DNA of 54,588 nt. Origin: Trichomonas gallinae (taxonomy: Eukaryota). A model generated the notes under the pieces. That model was not told the origin of the DNA and ran no database searches. It worked only from the letters and a program-made list of their open reading frames with translations. Each line of letters begins with the position of its first letter. The first letter of the stretch is position 1. A program made the translations under genes and the position numbers. Below, in pieces: positions 1 to 9,832 of the stretch. The stretch covers positions 1-54,588 of the forward strand of contig MRSU01004254.1 in the NCBI GenBank assembly GCA_008369845.1. The letters run 5' to 3'.

Positions 1-1
1 T

Positions 2-79
2 AAGGAATACGCAGCCGTCCTCCGCCAGAAGTACCTCAACAACAAGATGGCATGGTTCTTCAAGCCACTCCAGTTCTAA
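2..79 (+). CDS. RPL27: 60S ribosomal protein eL27, C-terminal fragment (5'-truncated by the window edge)
   Basis: Frame 2 reads KEYAAVLRQKYLNNKMAWFFKPLQF*, matching the eL27 C-terminus (..KNxWFFxxLxF). C/G-ending codons are typical of highly expressed genes. The stop lies within TAAA. Confidence 0.85.
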   Translation, partial: KEYAAVLRQKYLNNKMAWFFKPLQF

Positions 80-83
80 ACAT

Positions 84-138
84 GAGCGTCCCATCATTAG
101 ATTTCGTTGGGCATCGGGTAGGGCAACCACTCACGCTC
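84..138 (+). other. Putative structured RNA element (3-way junction) immediately 3' of the RPL27 stop
   Basis: GAGCGT(84-89)/ACGCTC(133-138); CCCA(90-93)/TGGG(108-111); GGGT(116-119)/ACTC(129-132) enclosing GG-GCAA-CC (GNRA tetraloop). 31 of 55 nt are G+C in a very AT-rich context. Confidence 0.5.
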
Positions 139-442
139 TTTCTTAACCTCTATAAATACAGAATACTGGAAATATTACACTCTTTCCTTTATTTATTTTT
201 ACTTATTCATACAAAATCAAAGATATCAGAAATATTCGATATCTATTTTGATTTAACAGGGGAAATAATATTGTCATTTGATAGATAATATTGAATAAAG
301 TAGTTAGTTAATGTTTTGGACAGATATTTTATATTTTATTCTAAATTTTAGTTTAAATCGTAATTAAAACAGTAATATGATGACAAAACGAATTATCAAT
401 GTTAATGATTCAGTAAATGGCCAAATGTTCGTTGAATAAAAT

Positions 443-805
443 TTATTTTGATAATAAATCTTTGACTTGGTCGTATTTTTCGTTGAGTTGACCCATGATT
501 TTCGTAGCTATAATCGCTTGGCGTATGACTTGTTCGAAGTGATTTCTAATTTGTTCAATTTCGCGAGGAGCAACACCAGGAATTACTGGAAGCTCTTTTT
601 CGTCATCAATTTCCTTATCGTTACGAAAAACCATTCTTGGTTCTTCAGAAATTGGAACTGAAGACCAAAGTAACCCGAATGTTGTTTTTTTCGTCTGTGC
701 GATATCTAAATAACCATCTACCATCTTTGACTGTATGTCTGCCATCGATCTCTCGTACTCCTGGAGAATTTCCAGAAGCTGAAGAATTGATTCATTTTTC
801 GTCAT
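443..805 (-). CDS. Vma22/CCDC115-like V-ATPase assembly factor (120 aa)
   Basis: N-terminal helix LLEILQEYERSMADIQSKMVDGYLDIAQTK and C-terminal PGVAPREIEQIRNHFEQVIRQAI fit the two conserved Vma22/CCDC115 blocks. AAAATG start. Confidence 0.6.
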   Translation of the reverse strand: MTKNESILQLLEILQEYERSMADIQSKMVDGYLDIAQTKKTTFGLLWSSVPISEEPRMVFRNDKEIDDEKELPVIPGVAPREIEQIRNHFEQVIRQAIIATKIMGQLNEKYDQVKDLLSK

Positions 806-1430
806 TAAAAATGATCAATTTGTGTGGAAATTTCACCTTATTTACATATGAGACTTGATTATCACTACACGAAAAATTAATTTATATTATTTGACACATA
901 AAGACAATTTACATGTCAAATATTACAGATTCGAAAGAAGAACATTGAATAGTCTCATAGAATTATTCAATGAGTTATTTCAAAAATGTCAGGTAAAATG
1001 GATCTGACATTGGAAAAAATGCAAATGGGCATGATTCCTAGTCGATATGAAAAGGTGGAGGAAATTTCTCCTTTTTGCTAAGGAGATTCCATTAGAGTAT
1101 TGTTTATGAAACTCGATCGTAATTCAAAGATATAAAATCTTCGAAGGAACCCGGCAAGTTGACCCAAATCTTGCTATAGAACTTATATATCGTAAATCTA
1201 AAGATTGTTTTTTTAATCGAAAAATCTGCCAAATAAATATTATTTACACGACAAATTTTAATTAATTTTTAATCAACGAGAAAATATATTATGAATTGGT
1301 AATCATTTCTCGAGACTTTATATACATGAGGACCACATCTTTTGAGATAGTATAAATATATAAAAACAGAAAGTTATTGCTAGTTTTCGTTGATTTTTCG
1401 AGAGAAAAAAATTGAGAGAAAAAAGATCAA

Positions 1431-1438
1431 AAAGTGAC
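1431..1438 (+). promoter_or_regulatory. AAAGTGAC motif (trichomonad M2-like element)
   Basis: Exact AAAGTGAC 2 nt before the phosphatase ATG. The same motif occurs twice before the 21390 gene. Confidence 0.5.
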
Positions 1439-1440
1439 AA

Positions 1441-2352
1441 ATGGATATTGACAAACTTATTGAAAGGCTGCTTGTTCACGAAGACATTCCGGAGAACGAT
1501 TATATATGTCTTCTTAGAATGGCAGAAGAGGTGTTATTCGAAGAAGGCACGCTTTTAAATGTTTCTCTTCCAATAACAATCTGCGGAGATATCCATGGAC
1601 AGTTTTACGATTTAATGCGATTGTTCAAGATATCAGGACAACCACAAGACACACGCTATCTTTTCATGGGTGATTACGTAGATCGCGGATATTATTCGAT
1701 GGAAACTTTCGCTCTTTTGATCGCTTACAAAGTTAAATACCCAGATTCATTCTACATGCTGCGCGGAAATCACGAAACAAGAGTTATTAACTCAAATTAC
1801 GGTTTTTATGATGAAATTGTTCAAAGATACGGTCACGCAGGCATCTGGAAGATGTGCAATGAAGTCATGGACATGCTTCCAATGGCCGCCTTAGTTGAAA
1901 ACAGAATTTACTGCGTTCACGGCGGACTTTCGCCAGATATCAAGCTCGCTGACCAGCTGGCTTTGATAGAGAGGCGCCAGCAAATTCCTGCAACTGGCCC
2001 GCTTTCAGATATTGTTTGGTCAGATCCGGAAGATATCACAGGATGGGCAACGAACCAAAGAGGCGCTGGTTTATTGTTCGGCACCCGCCCAACAGAAGAA
2101 TTTTGCTACAACAACAGAATAGAACTCATCGCTCGCGCACATCAAATGATGATGGATGGATATATGTATCATTTCGGCAAAACTCAGCTTGTTACAGTTT
2201 GGTCGGCACCAAACTATATGTACAGAATGGGAAACAAAGCCGCAACACTTGCAATCGATAAAGACGGAAAACGCCAATTCAGTGTCTTCGAAGCTGTTCC
2301 TGATGAGGAACAGAAAGTCCCTACAGATCATGTATCACCATATTTCCTTTAG
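1441..2352 (+). CDS. PPP-family Ser/Thr phosphatase catalytic subunit, PP2A/PP4/PP6-like
   Basis: GDIHG, GDYVDRG, RGNHE, HGGLSP, RAHQ and SAPNY motifs; C-terminal YFL as in the PP2A subfamily. Confidence 0.97.
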   Translation: MDIDKLIERLLVHEDIPENDYICLLRMAEEVLFEEGTLLNVSLPITICGDIHGQFYDLMRLFKISGQPQDTRYLFMGDYVDRGYYSMETFALLIAYKVKYPDSFYMLRGNHETRVINSNYGFYDEIVQRYGHAGIWKMCNEVMDMLPMAALVENRIYCVHGGLSPDIKLADQLALIERRQQIPATGPLSDIVWSDPEDITGWATNQRGAGLLFGTRPTEEFCYNNRIELIARAHQMMMDGYMYHFGKTQLVTVWSAPNYMYRMGNKAATLAIDKDGKRQFSVFEAVPDEEQKVPTDHVSPYFL

Positions 2353-2489
2353 TTTTTTTAGATAATAAATTTTTGTATATATCAAATATTATTTTTTTCT
2401 TTCAATGACTAAATAAAATAGATAATATCCAAATAGAATATTATACCTTATCATTAAAATCAATCAATTTTATTTTTTTTTTAATAATT

Positions 2490-3527
2490 TCAGAAATCAC
2501 TTGCCATTAGAATAAAGTATGAATTCAGAATCGGAGAACTTGGGAGTCCTTGACCGTTTCTATTAATGAATGTCTCGCAGAATTTTGCAGCAAATTGTTC
2601 GTAGTCTAAGAATTTCAAAACATGCATCTTCGGAGGCTTGCCACCTTTACATAGTGCTGTAGAAAACAGTTCAAGGCCAATTTCATCATCATTTAATAAA
2701 GGACTGACTGTTGTCGGTCTGGCACCCGATATTGCCTGAGCCTCCGGGTTGTTGACATATGAATTTTTTATTATGGCGGAGCCAATGAATCTGAAAATTA
2801 TATGATCAGATGCATAATTATCTTTTATTACACATGTATCAATTAATGTTTCTGGTGAAGTTTCAATAACTCCACCACGACAGTTCTGTTCAATTATGTT
2901 GCATTGGAATATAGTAATTTTATAGTTATTAAGTTTGCATGTTAATCCCCAATTGTCCGCTGTATTGTTTTTAAATGATGACTTGTTGACTGATACATAA
3001 TTGTTTGGCTCAATTATTCGGCAAATACAATTTTCATCATCTTTGCAATATGTTATGTTTACATTATGTATTTGGATAAATCCATAAAATTGTCTAAACA
3101 TACCTTGAGCTAAACTTGCTGTAAAATGATAAAATGATGCTTGATGGATATAGTTCTTAGATTTTTGGTTTTTTGTTACATAAACATCTGAATGAATTCC
3201 AGCTACAGTACCAGAGCAATTTATGCAGCAACACTGACTTTGCACACATTCTCCTACAGAACAAAAATATAAATTTCCTCCTGCATTATTAGTAACATAA
3301 TAATTACCATTTTGAAATAAAGTTCTTTCTATTAGCAAAAGTGTTTGAGAGCCAGTTTTGCTATCATAAAGTAGGGGCTTATGTATAAAATTTATATAAG
3401 ATACATCATGGATATAGTGATGGGTGTTTTCAGCTAATTTATAGCTATTTTTGTTTGAAACAGAAACAATTTCGTTTGTCACATATTCCTGTGGGAAGTA
3501 ATCTGACCATTCTCGATGACTAATCAT
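2490..3527 (-). CDS. Hypothetical Cys/Asn-rich protein (possible beta-helix surface protein); intact member of a 3-copy family
   Basis: 345 aa from ATG 3527. Shares REW..Y, LLxE..F, GxCVQ..C, KNYI and LC blocks with the 9833-10818 and 29359-30399 loci. Confidence 0.75.
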   Translation of the reverse strand: MISHREWSDYFPQEYVTNEIVSVSNKNSYKLAENTHHYIHDVSYINFIHKPLLYDSKTGSQTLLLIERTLFQNGNYYVTNNAGGNLYFCSVGECVQSQCCCINCSGTVAGIHSDVYVTKNQKSKNYIHQASFYHFTASLAQGMFRQFYGFIQIHNVNITYCKDDENCICRIIEPNNYVSVNKSSFKNNTADNWGLTCKLNNYKITIFQCNIIEQNCRGGVIETSPETLIDTCVIKDNYASDHIIFRFIGSAIIKNSYVNNPEAQAISGARPTTVSPLLNDDEIGLELFSTALCKGGKPPKMHVLKFLDYEQFAAKFCETFINRNGQGLPSSPILNSYFILMASDF

Positions 3528-3839
3528 CAAAAATGTTAATAAACAATCTTTATTGCTATAGATATTTTTCCTTTCTGAAAATTGAAAGTCGACTTTCTTT
3601 GCATTCAGAATTTAGAGTCGTCATAGAATGTTAATTTTTTTTATTATTTTTACATGATATTATTGGGCTGCATATCTGGAGAATATCATGTTTAACCTTT
3701 GTTATTTAGCAAAAAGTGAAGCTATCCTATCATAGATTATTACTCTATTCATAACTCGCGAATTTCAAGAAATTTAAAATATTAACATTCAAAACATATT
3801 ATATTTACAATCAAATAACAAAAATATATTTGATGGTGA

Positions 3840-4943
3840 TTAAACCATCATCATTTTAGCTAGCGTCTGGTTCCTTTTTTTAAGAAAAAATGGAAACTTT
3901 CGATGGAGAAGACGAACAATTAAAACAACAATGCATATTCCGCATATAAGTGTTAAATACATGTACGCTCCCCAACTACCTGCATCCATTGATTTAAGAT
4001 AAAATTGTCCACGTTCAATGCTTTCAATAAAATGTTCTATATCTTTATATGTTGGTTTTGCTTTTTTAAGTCTATAGACTGTAGACTGTTGAGGATTAAA
4101 TAATGCAACAATATTTTTCTCATTTGGAGCAATTATATGTGGTAATATGGCTGATACACTATATAGCTCATAAATCGTCTTATATTTCTTTAACTTTCTC
4201 TGAAAAGAAGGAAGAAATGCATTTAATTTTGCTTTTGTATCGAAGCAGACATAAACAAAGCTTTTTCCTGTGTTTTTAAACATATTGTATATATTTTCTG
4301 AGAATTGATTGGCAGGTTGAAGTGAAGATTCTTGAACGAAATTTGCAATCTCGATAGTATTTAGTTTTCCTTCATATTTTGTTTGGCCAGGATTATAAAC
4401 ATTCAAACTGAAGTCATTTGAGTCACTGTATTTAAGGAAAACTTGCTCGTTTGTTAATCCAACATCATTAAATATTTTTCTGTATTGGATAATATTAGAT
4501 TTTTCAGTTGAAGGAAGTACTAATTCGTAAACTGGCTTAGATTCTGATGCAATTGATTGATAGTTTTCGATGTTTTTTGTATTAAAGGGATAATTTTTCA
4601 TTGTTTCCACGAATTTGTTTAAGTTAGGTATTGTTCTATTGCCTGAATATTTCAATTGAAGACCAGCTGCCTTTTCAAACCAAATTACTTGTGGAAATAG
4701 TCCTTTAACGAGTTTATCGCAAAGATTTTGGTTGGCATGGCATTCTATACTACCATATTCTACATCTGTGTCATCTTTATGGAGTTTTATGAATTCTTCC
4801 CAAGTTGGAGCAAAAGCAGCCGAATGAGGGCAGAATGTATTCCAAACCTTAACGCAGAGAACTTTATGGGTATCAAGAGTGCTCTCAAAATTGGATTCGC
4901 CGAATTCAACATATTCTAGCAAAGAAAAAAGAAAAACAAACAT
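3840..4943 (-). CDS. Membrane-anchored thioredoxin/PDI-like protein with a CxxS site
   Basis: Short hydrophobic leader MFVFLFSLL; Trx domain (FGESNF..VKVWNTFCPHS..FAPTWEE..IEC..LC..GLFP..YSGNRT); C-terminal TM segment followed by a basic tail. Confidence 0.85.
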   Translation of the reverse strand: MFVFLFSLLEYVEFGESNFESTLDTHKVLCVKVWNTFCPHSAAFAPTWEEFIKLHKDDTDVEYGSIECHANQNLCDKLVKGLFPQVIWFEKAAGLQLKYSGNRTIPNLNKFVETMKNYPFNTKNIENYQSIASESKPVYELVLPSTEKSNIIQYRKIFNDVGLTNEQVFLKYSDSNDFSLNVYNPGQTKYEGKLNTIEIANFVQESSLQPANQFSENIYNMFKNTGKSFVYVCFDTKAKLNAFLPSFQRKLKKYKTIYELYSVSAILPHIIAPNEKNIVALFNPQQSTVYRLKKAKPTYKDIEHFIESIERGQFYLKSMDAGSWGAYMYLTLICGICIVVLIVRLLHRKFPFFLKKRNQTLAKMMMV

Positions 4944-5360
4944 TTTAAAATAAAAACAGGGGCCAATATAGAAGCAACCCCCATTTTTAGTGCTTTATAA
5001 AATATTTGACAGTTTACATGCCAAATTTGATTGCCTTTTTGACACTTTACAATGTCAAAAATCCTTAAAGAAAAGATACAGTTTTGGTTAAATAAGTTGT
5101 GATTCTTCGTATAATGGAATCTCAATTGAAAACATATTAGATTATAATTCTCAAATCAAAATCAGATGTAATGACGAAGAACAAAATTTGGAGATTAATA
5201 TCTCTTAACTCTAAGTATTCTCGGACGCTACATGAGTTTCTCTTCGCCAATATACGTGAATTCCACATGCACAATACTCTTATTATCGGTTCTTAAGAGC
5301 TTATTCGGCATTTTGATTTTTCTGCCATGTAAATTTACATAGCTAATGTAAAATTCCTTA

Positions 5361-5628
5361 TTTTTTTGAATGTGCTGGAAGGTGAATAAAATTAATCATT
5401 GTGGGCAAACCTCCTTATATTCTAAATATGGAGCAAAACAAAGAATTTTTTTTGAATGCATTGGAAGTTCGATAAAACTTTTCATTGTAGGCATATCTTC
5501 TTATATACTGAAAATGGACCAAGACAAGGAAGTTCATTTTTTTTGAGAAAGTTGGAATTTCAATAAGTTTTATAAAATTCATTACTGTGGGCATTTATTC
5601 TTATATACTGAAAATGGAGGTAAACAAA
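5361..5628. repeat. Three degenerate ~85-95 bp tandem units
   Basis: Each unit follows T7GA..TGGAA..ATAA..TGT(G/A)GGCA..CTTATA(T)..AAATGGA..ACAA; units start near 5361, 5446 and 5537. Confidence 0.8.
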
Positions 5629-5942
5629 TTTTTATTTTTGTTTCAATTTTTGGATAAATGCACTTTTTGATGACCTATCAAATTTACCATCAACTCATTT
5701 AATCATTCTTTGTTAATTTAAAACCGTATACATAAATTATTTTCAAACGTGACAAATTTACGATCAATGTAAAATAACCATTCTCTGTTAATTTATAACC
5801 AACAAATCAACTTTTATAAAAATTGACACTCATCGTTTTTGTCAAATTTAATTTTTCAATAAACCCGATTTATCCCCCTGAAAATGTTAGGCTTGTTTAT
5901 TTATCTAGAATTTCTCAAAAATTGATTCATTTTTTTATAAAA

Positions 5943-7367
5943 ATGGATCAACATGATGCTAGTGAAGGGAAGCCGTGCGAAGGCGCCTATTTTCAGTTAA
6001 CGAGGTTGTATACATATATACTTCCTGTTATATTGTATGCTTTGGTTACATTCCATAAGCAATCAACTTCAGTCCTTTCAAAAGATATTTCAATCACATA
6101 TGGAGTTGATGAAAATAAGCTGACAATATTCTCATCAATTTACTTCTACATTTATGCATGCACACAGCCATTCGCTGGCTTATTCGCTGATCTTGTAGAT
6201 CCTGCGATTGTTATTGGATGCTTTAGCTTGATTGCTGCCATCGGATCCATCATCTGCGGCTTATCAAAGAGCCTCGGAGTTGGCATTTTTGGACGTCTTT
6301 TGGTTGGTTTAGGTTGTGGACCAACATATGTCTCAACATGCAGAGTCATCACTAACTGGTACAAGCTTAGCCAACTACCCATTATGATGGGCATCTTAGT
6401 CGCTGCTTCAGCTGCTGGCGGCATTTTAGCTGCTCTGCCACTTTCATTGTTCGCTCAAAAATATGGTTGGAAGCCAGCTATGTATGGCATTGGTGGCATT
6501 GGCAGCGTTTTAAGTGTTTTAATCCTCATTTTTGTTCGCGGAAATCCGATTACAAAAGGTTTCAGACCTGTAAATGAGCAACTCTCATCTACCAATGAAG
6601 GAATTCCATTTAAAGAAAAGATGAAATTACTTTGGGTCAATTTCAAGACAGTTCTGGTTTACGGATATTTCTGGGTAGTTACATTATTCAATGTAACATC
6701 ATCAGCACCATATTTCAACGTCGCTGGTTACTGGGGTGGCCCATATCTTACATCAGTTCTCGGATATTCATCGAAGAAGAAAGGAACTACTTTTCTTTCA
6801 ATTTCTATTGGCTTAATCATCGGCTCTCTTCTTCTACCTAACATTTCCACCTGGTGCCATACAAAGAAATGGGTATTGGCTGTTTCAACGCTCATTGCAT
6901 TGGGTATTTCCATTCCTTTCTGCATTGTTGGTGATTCAATAAGCAATGGAGCTATTTGGGCCCTCTTTACTTTCTTTGGTATGTGCACAGCGCCTACGAT
7001 TTCGGTTTCTTATCCATTAATGTGCTCTTATTACCATCCAAAGGTCGCTGGTTCTGCTGTTGGCCTTGGAAACTTCTTCATCTTCATAGCTGCTGCTATC
7101 TATCAGCAACTTGCAGGTCTCGGATTTAGATATAAAGACGCAAGCGGCAAAACAATCTTGGACTGGTATGGTTTCAAGTGGGGATTATGGGCCTTTACAT
7201 GCATTTCTCTTGCCATCGCTTTAATTCTTGCTATTGTTGCCAAAGAGGCAAAATTTCCCGAGCCTGCTGAATTAGACAATGCAGAAAAGGAGAAGGTAAT
7301 GAACAAAGACGTCCTTGAAAACGAGAAAGTAGAAGATGAAGACTCCTGTTCAGGAGTCAACATCTAA
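5943..7367 (+). CDS. Major facilitator superfamily transporter (sugar-phosphate permease-like)
   Basis: About 12 TM segments; YACTQPFAGLFAD, GRLLVGLG, WGGPYL. Probable start is AAAATG at 5943 after an Inr-like TCATT; the ORF-track start is a TTG. Confidence 0.92.
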   Translation: MDQHDASEGKPCEGAYFQLTRLYTYILPVILYALVTFHKQSTSVLSKDISITYGVDENKLTIFSSIYFYIYACTQPFAGLFADLVDPAIVIGCFSLIAAIGSIICGLSKSLGVGIFGRLLVGLGCGPTYVSTCRVITNWYKLSQLPIMMGILVAASAAGGILAALPLSLFAQKYGWKPAMYGIGGIGSVLSVLILIFVRGNPITKGFRPVNEQLSSTNEGIPFKEKMKLLWVNFKTVLVYGYFWVVTLFNVTSSAPYFNVAGYWGGPYLTSVLGYSSKKKGTTFLSISIGLIIGSLLLPNISTWCHTKKWVLAVSTLIALGISIPFCIVGDSISNGAIWALFTFFGMCTAPTISVSYPLMCSYYHPKVAGSAVGLGNFFIFIAAAIYQQLAGLGFRYKDASGKTILDWYGFKWGLWAFTCISLAIALILAIVAKEAKFPEPAELDNAEKEKVMNKDVLENEKVEDEDSCSGVNI

Positions 7368-8052
7368 AATTAGATATGATTCTTCAAAGCTTTTGATTTT
7401 AATTGAGAGCTTTGAAACTATCTTTTTCCATTGGAATAAAGTATACATCAGCATACGATATAGTTTTTCACTTAATTATTTAAATGAGATATCAAAATTA
7501 AGTAGTATACAAACCAAATCCATAATCCAGCCATCCAGAGCCAATCAAAACTGATGTTTTCATTAATATTAAAATTCCTTTCTCAATTCTTAAAATTGAA
7601 GATTTTTTGAAGACTTAGAGTATTGGATTCAAACATTTCTACAAGGGTAACACGAAACATTTGCTTATAGACTTCAATTTGTCGAAATCTGCGAATATCA
7701 AGGGAAAAAATTGTGTTTTTTTGGATTTTTCTGCACAAAAGTCATAAAACATCACAAACTGTTAACATACAGTTGTAAACAGAAAAGCAGAATTTGACAA
7801 ACGTCAAATTTGACGCTTTACATCTGACTTTCACTTTTGATTAGTTTATCTTCTACTAGAAGAGCACTCATCATATTGCGTCTTCACAACTAGACTACCT
7901 TAAGGGTGTTACAGCTAGCTTTACCAGTTGCTACAATGTGCTGCAAAAAGGTGACACGTCTCACTAAAATGACATTGTAAATTTACAAATGTCAAAAATT
8001 TTAATAAGGGGCTGCATCGATTTTTTGCAAAATTTCGGAAAATAAAAAAATT

Positions 8053-9261
8053 ATGGAAGGAATCATTACAGCTGCATATTTATTTGGCACAGTTGCTGCT
8101 GTCGTGTTCAAAGTCATAAGGATCGTATCTATGCAGAAAGGAAAAGGGCCAGACCAGTGGAAAGCGATAGTTAGATATTGTTGTCTTTATTATGCATTAA
8201 ATCTAGGAATAATGATTACTGAACCATATATTTTCCAGCATATGATCGAATCAGGTACAACACCAGAAGAAATTACAGCTATTTGCGCAGTCCCATTTTG
8301 CATCAAGGGAATTTTTCGTTTTATTCCACTCAGAGTAATCAAAATGGCTGGTGTTCCATGGCTGCTCATTGGATCTGGCGTTGTTTCGTCAGTTGCCACA
8401 TTATTACGAACAAAGAAAAATTTCGATGCTTTATGCGTTTCACAAGTTGCTATATCGATGTCCAGAGAGATATTTCTTTACGCTATGTCTGATTGGAAGC
8501 TTGGAGAAGGCTCACATGAAAAAAATTCAGATGCTTTCTTCCATGCTGTTGTTTCTACCGTCCATACTGTCATGGCAGCCATTATAGCATTCGTGAGTAA
8601 GCAGTTGCACTCGGTGTATGAAGAAAAGCAGCTTTATTACATAGGAACAGTTGTTTGCTTAGCGATTATCCCTGCTTCTCTTGTCACAATCAAGAAGAAA
8701 CCATACCCATTCAGACACGCAATTGTTAAACCGGGCAAAACAGGCACATTCGCTATTCTTTTCTTCACTATTTTCGAAACATATTTCACACCTCGAACGC
8801 TCCAATATATATCAACAGGCGAGTCAACAATACCATTAGAGTATCTGTTTTCTGTTACATTGACAATGGAATTATTAGCAGATACCGTTACTGGATTCTT
8901 CAATATAACAGAAAAGGCTCCTTATGTTTTTACTTGTGTGTCAGCAATTCTGGGAGTATTGTCATTTGTTATGAAGATCTCATTTAGTACCAAATCAATA
9001 GTTTTCATAGTTTTGATGATTGGAACAGTTTTAGCAAAGGTTGGGCGCTATTCTCTTGAATATATCGGAAATACACCAATAGAGAACAGTGCAATTTCTG
9101 TTTCATTTGCATATCTCGCTTACAAATTATTCTCAACAGATATTGGAATGAATATCAAGATATGTATTGTTACAGCTCTGCTTTCCAGTATATCTAGCAT
9201 TTTGTATATATACAAGGGACCAAATAATGATCCTGATGAATCAGAAAATAATATTCTTTAA
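8053..9261 (+). CDS. Divergent MFS membrane protein, MFSD5/MOT2 (molybdate-anion transporter)-like
   Basis: Polytopic. LYYALNLGIMITEPYIF..EITAI and IFLYAMSDW align by eye to MFSD5 YxLAxxADWLQxPYLY..QIAIL and LFSAFEAW. Confidence 0.55.
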   Translation: MEGIITAAYLFGTVAAVVFKVIRIVSMQKGKGPDQWKAIVRYCCLYYALNLGIMITEPYIFQHMIESGTTPEEITAICAVPFCIKGIFRFIPLRVIKMAGVPWLLIGSGVVSSVATLLRTKKNFDALCVSQVAISMSREIFLYAMSDWKLGEGSHEKNSDAFFHAVVSTVHTVMAAIIAFVSKQLHSVYEEKQLYYIGTVVCLAIIPASLVTIKKKPYPFRHAIVKPGKTGTFAILFFTIFETYFTPRTLQYISTGESTIPLEYLFSVTLTMELLADTVTGFFNITEKAPYVFTCVSAILGVLSFVMKISFSTKSIVFIVLMIGTVLAKVGRYSLEYIGNTPIENSAISVSFAYLAYKLFSTDIGMNIKICIVTALLSSISSILYIYKGPNNDPDESENNIL

Positions 9262-9832
9262 AATGTTTATTTGATTTAAGCCAATAAGATATGAATTATT
9301 GGCATTGTGGCTATGGTAAATAAAATTAGAATAAAAATTGTACATTTTAATAACATTTAAAATTTTTCGAAATAAGATTGGAACAAACTTAAATATCGAC
9401 CAGTATGCAGTTGAAATCGAATTGGAAGTTTGTTTTGCGTCTAATATATCTTTTTTTTTTCGGATGAACTGCGTTCAAAATAATCATAATCTGCGATTTC
9501 GTATTCTTTCGTTACATGATGTAGTAGAGTTGAAAATCAGGAAGATGGTTTTGGTTTCATGCTTTTTATTTCATCATAAATCTTTCCATTCTTGTTTTTC
9601 AACAATGATTCATTCATTTGCTGGCTAAATATCTCATTTTCCTCTCATAAAAGTTAATGGATAGAAAGCATCACGGAATTAATACACTTCCAAGACAATT
9701 GGAAGTAACAGATGATTTTGGAACTAAAGTTGGATTATTTATGATCTTCAGATCCAAGTTCGAATATGCGTATATTAGATAAAGGATTATATATATTTGA
9801 CATCATTTTGCAGTAATTTTAAATGACTTTGA

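Noticed and set aside
52..288. 78-aa ORF in the ORF track
   Set aside because: Out of frame with RPL27, runs through its 3' flank, and has a non-ATG start.
5823..5942. N-terminal extensions given by the ORF track (also 12796-12984, 22922-22993, 29080-29121 and others)
   Set aside because: They start at TTG/GTG and cross AT-rich promoter DNA; downstream ATGs in typical context are more plausible.
9300..9790. 97-codon plus-strand ORF and a stop-interrupted minus-strand frame (EENEIFSQQMNESLLK..)
   Set aside because: No recognisable family; could be a gene relic but cannot be supported from the sequence alone.
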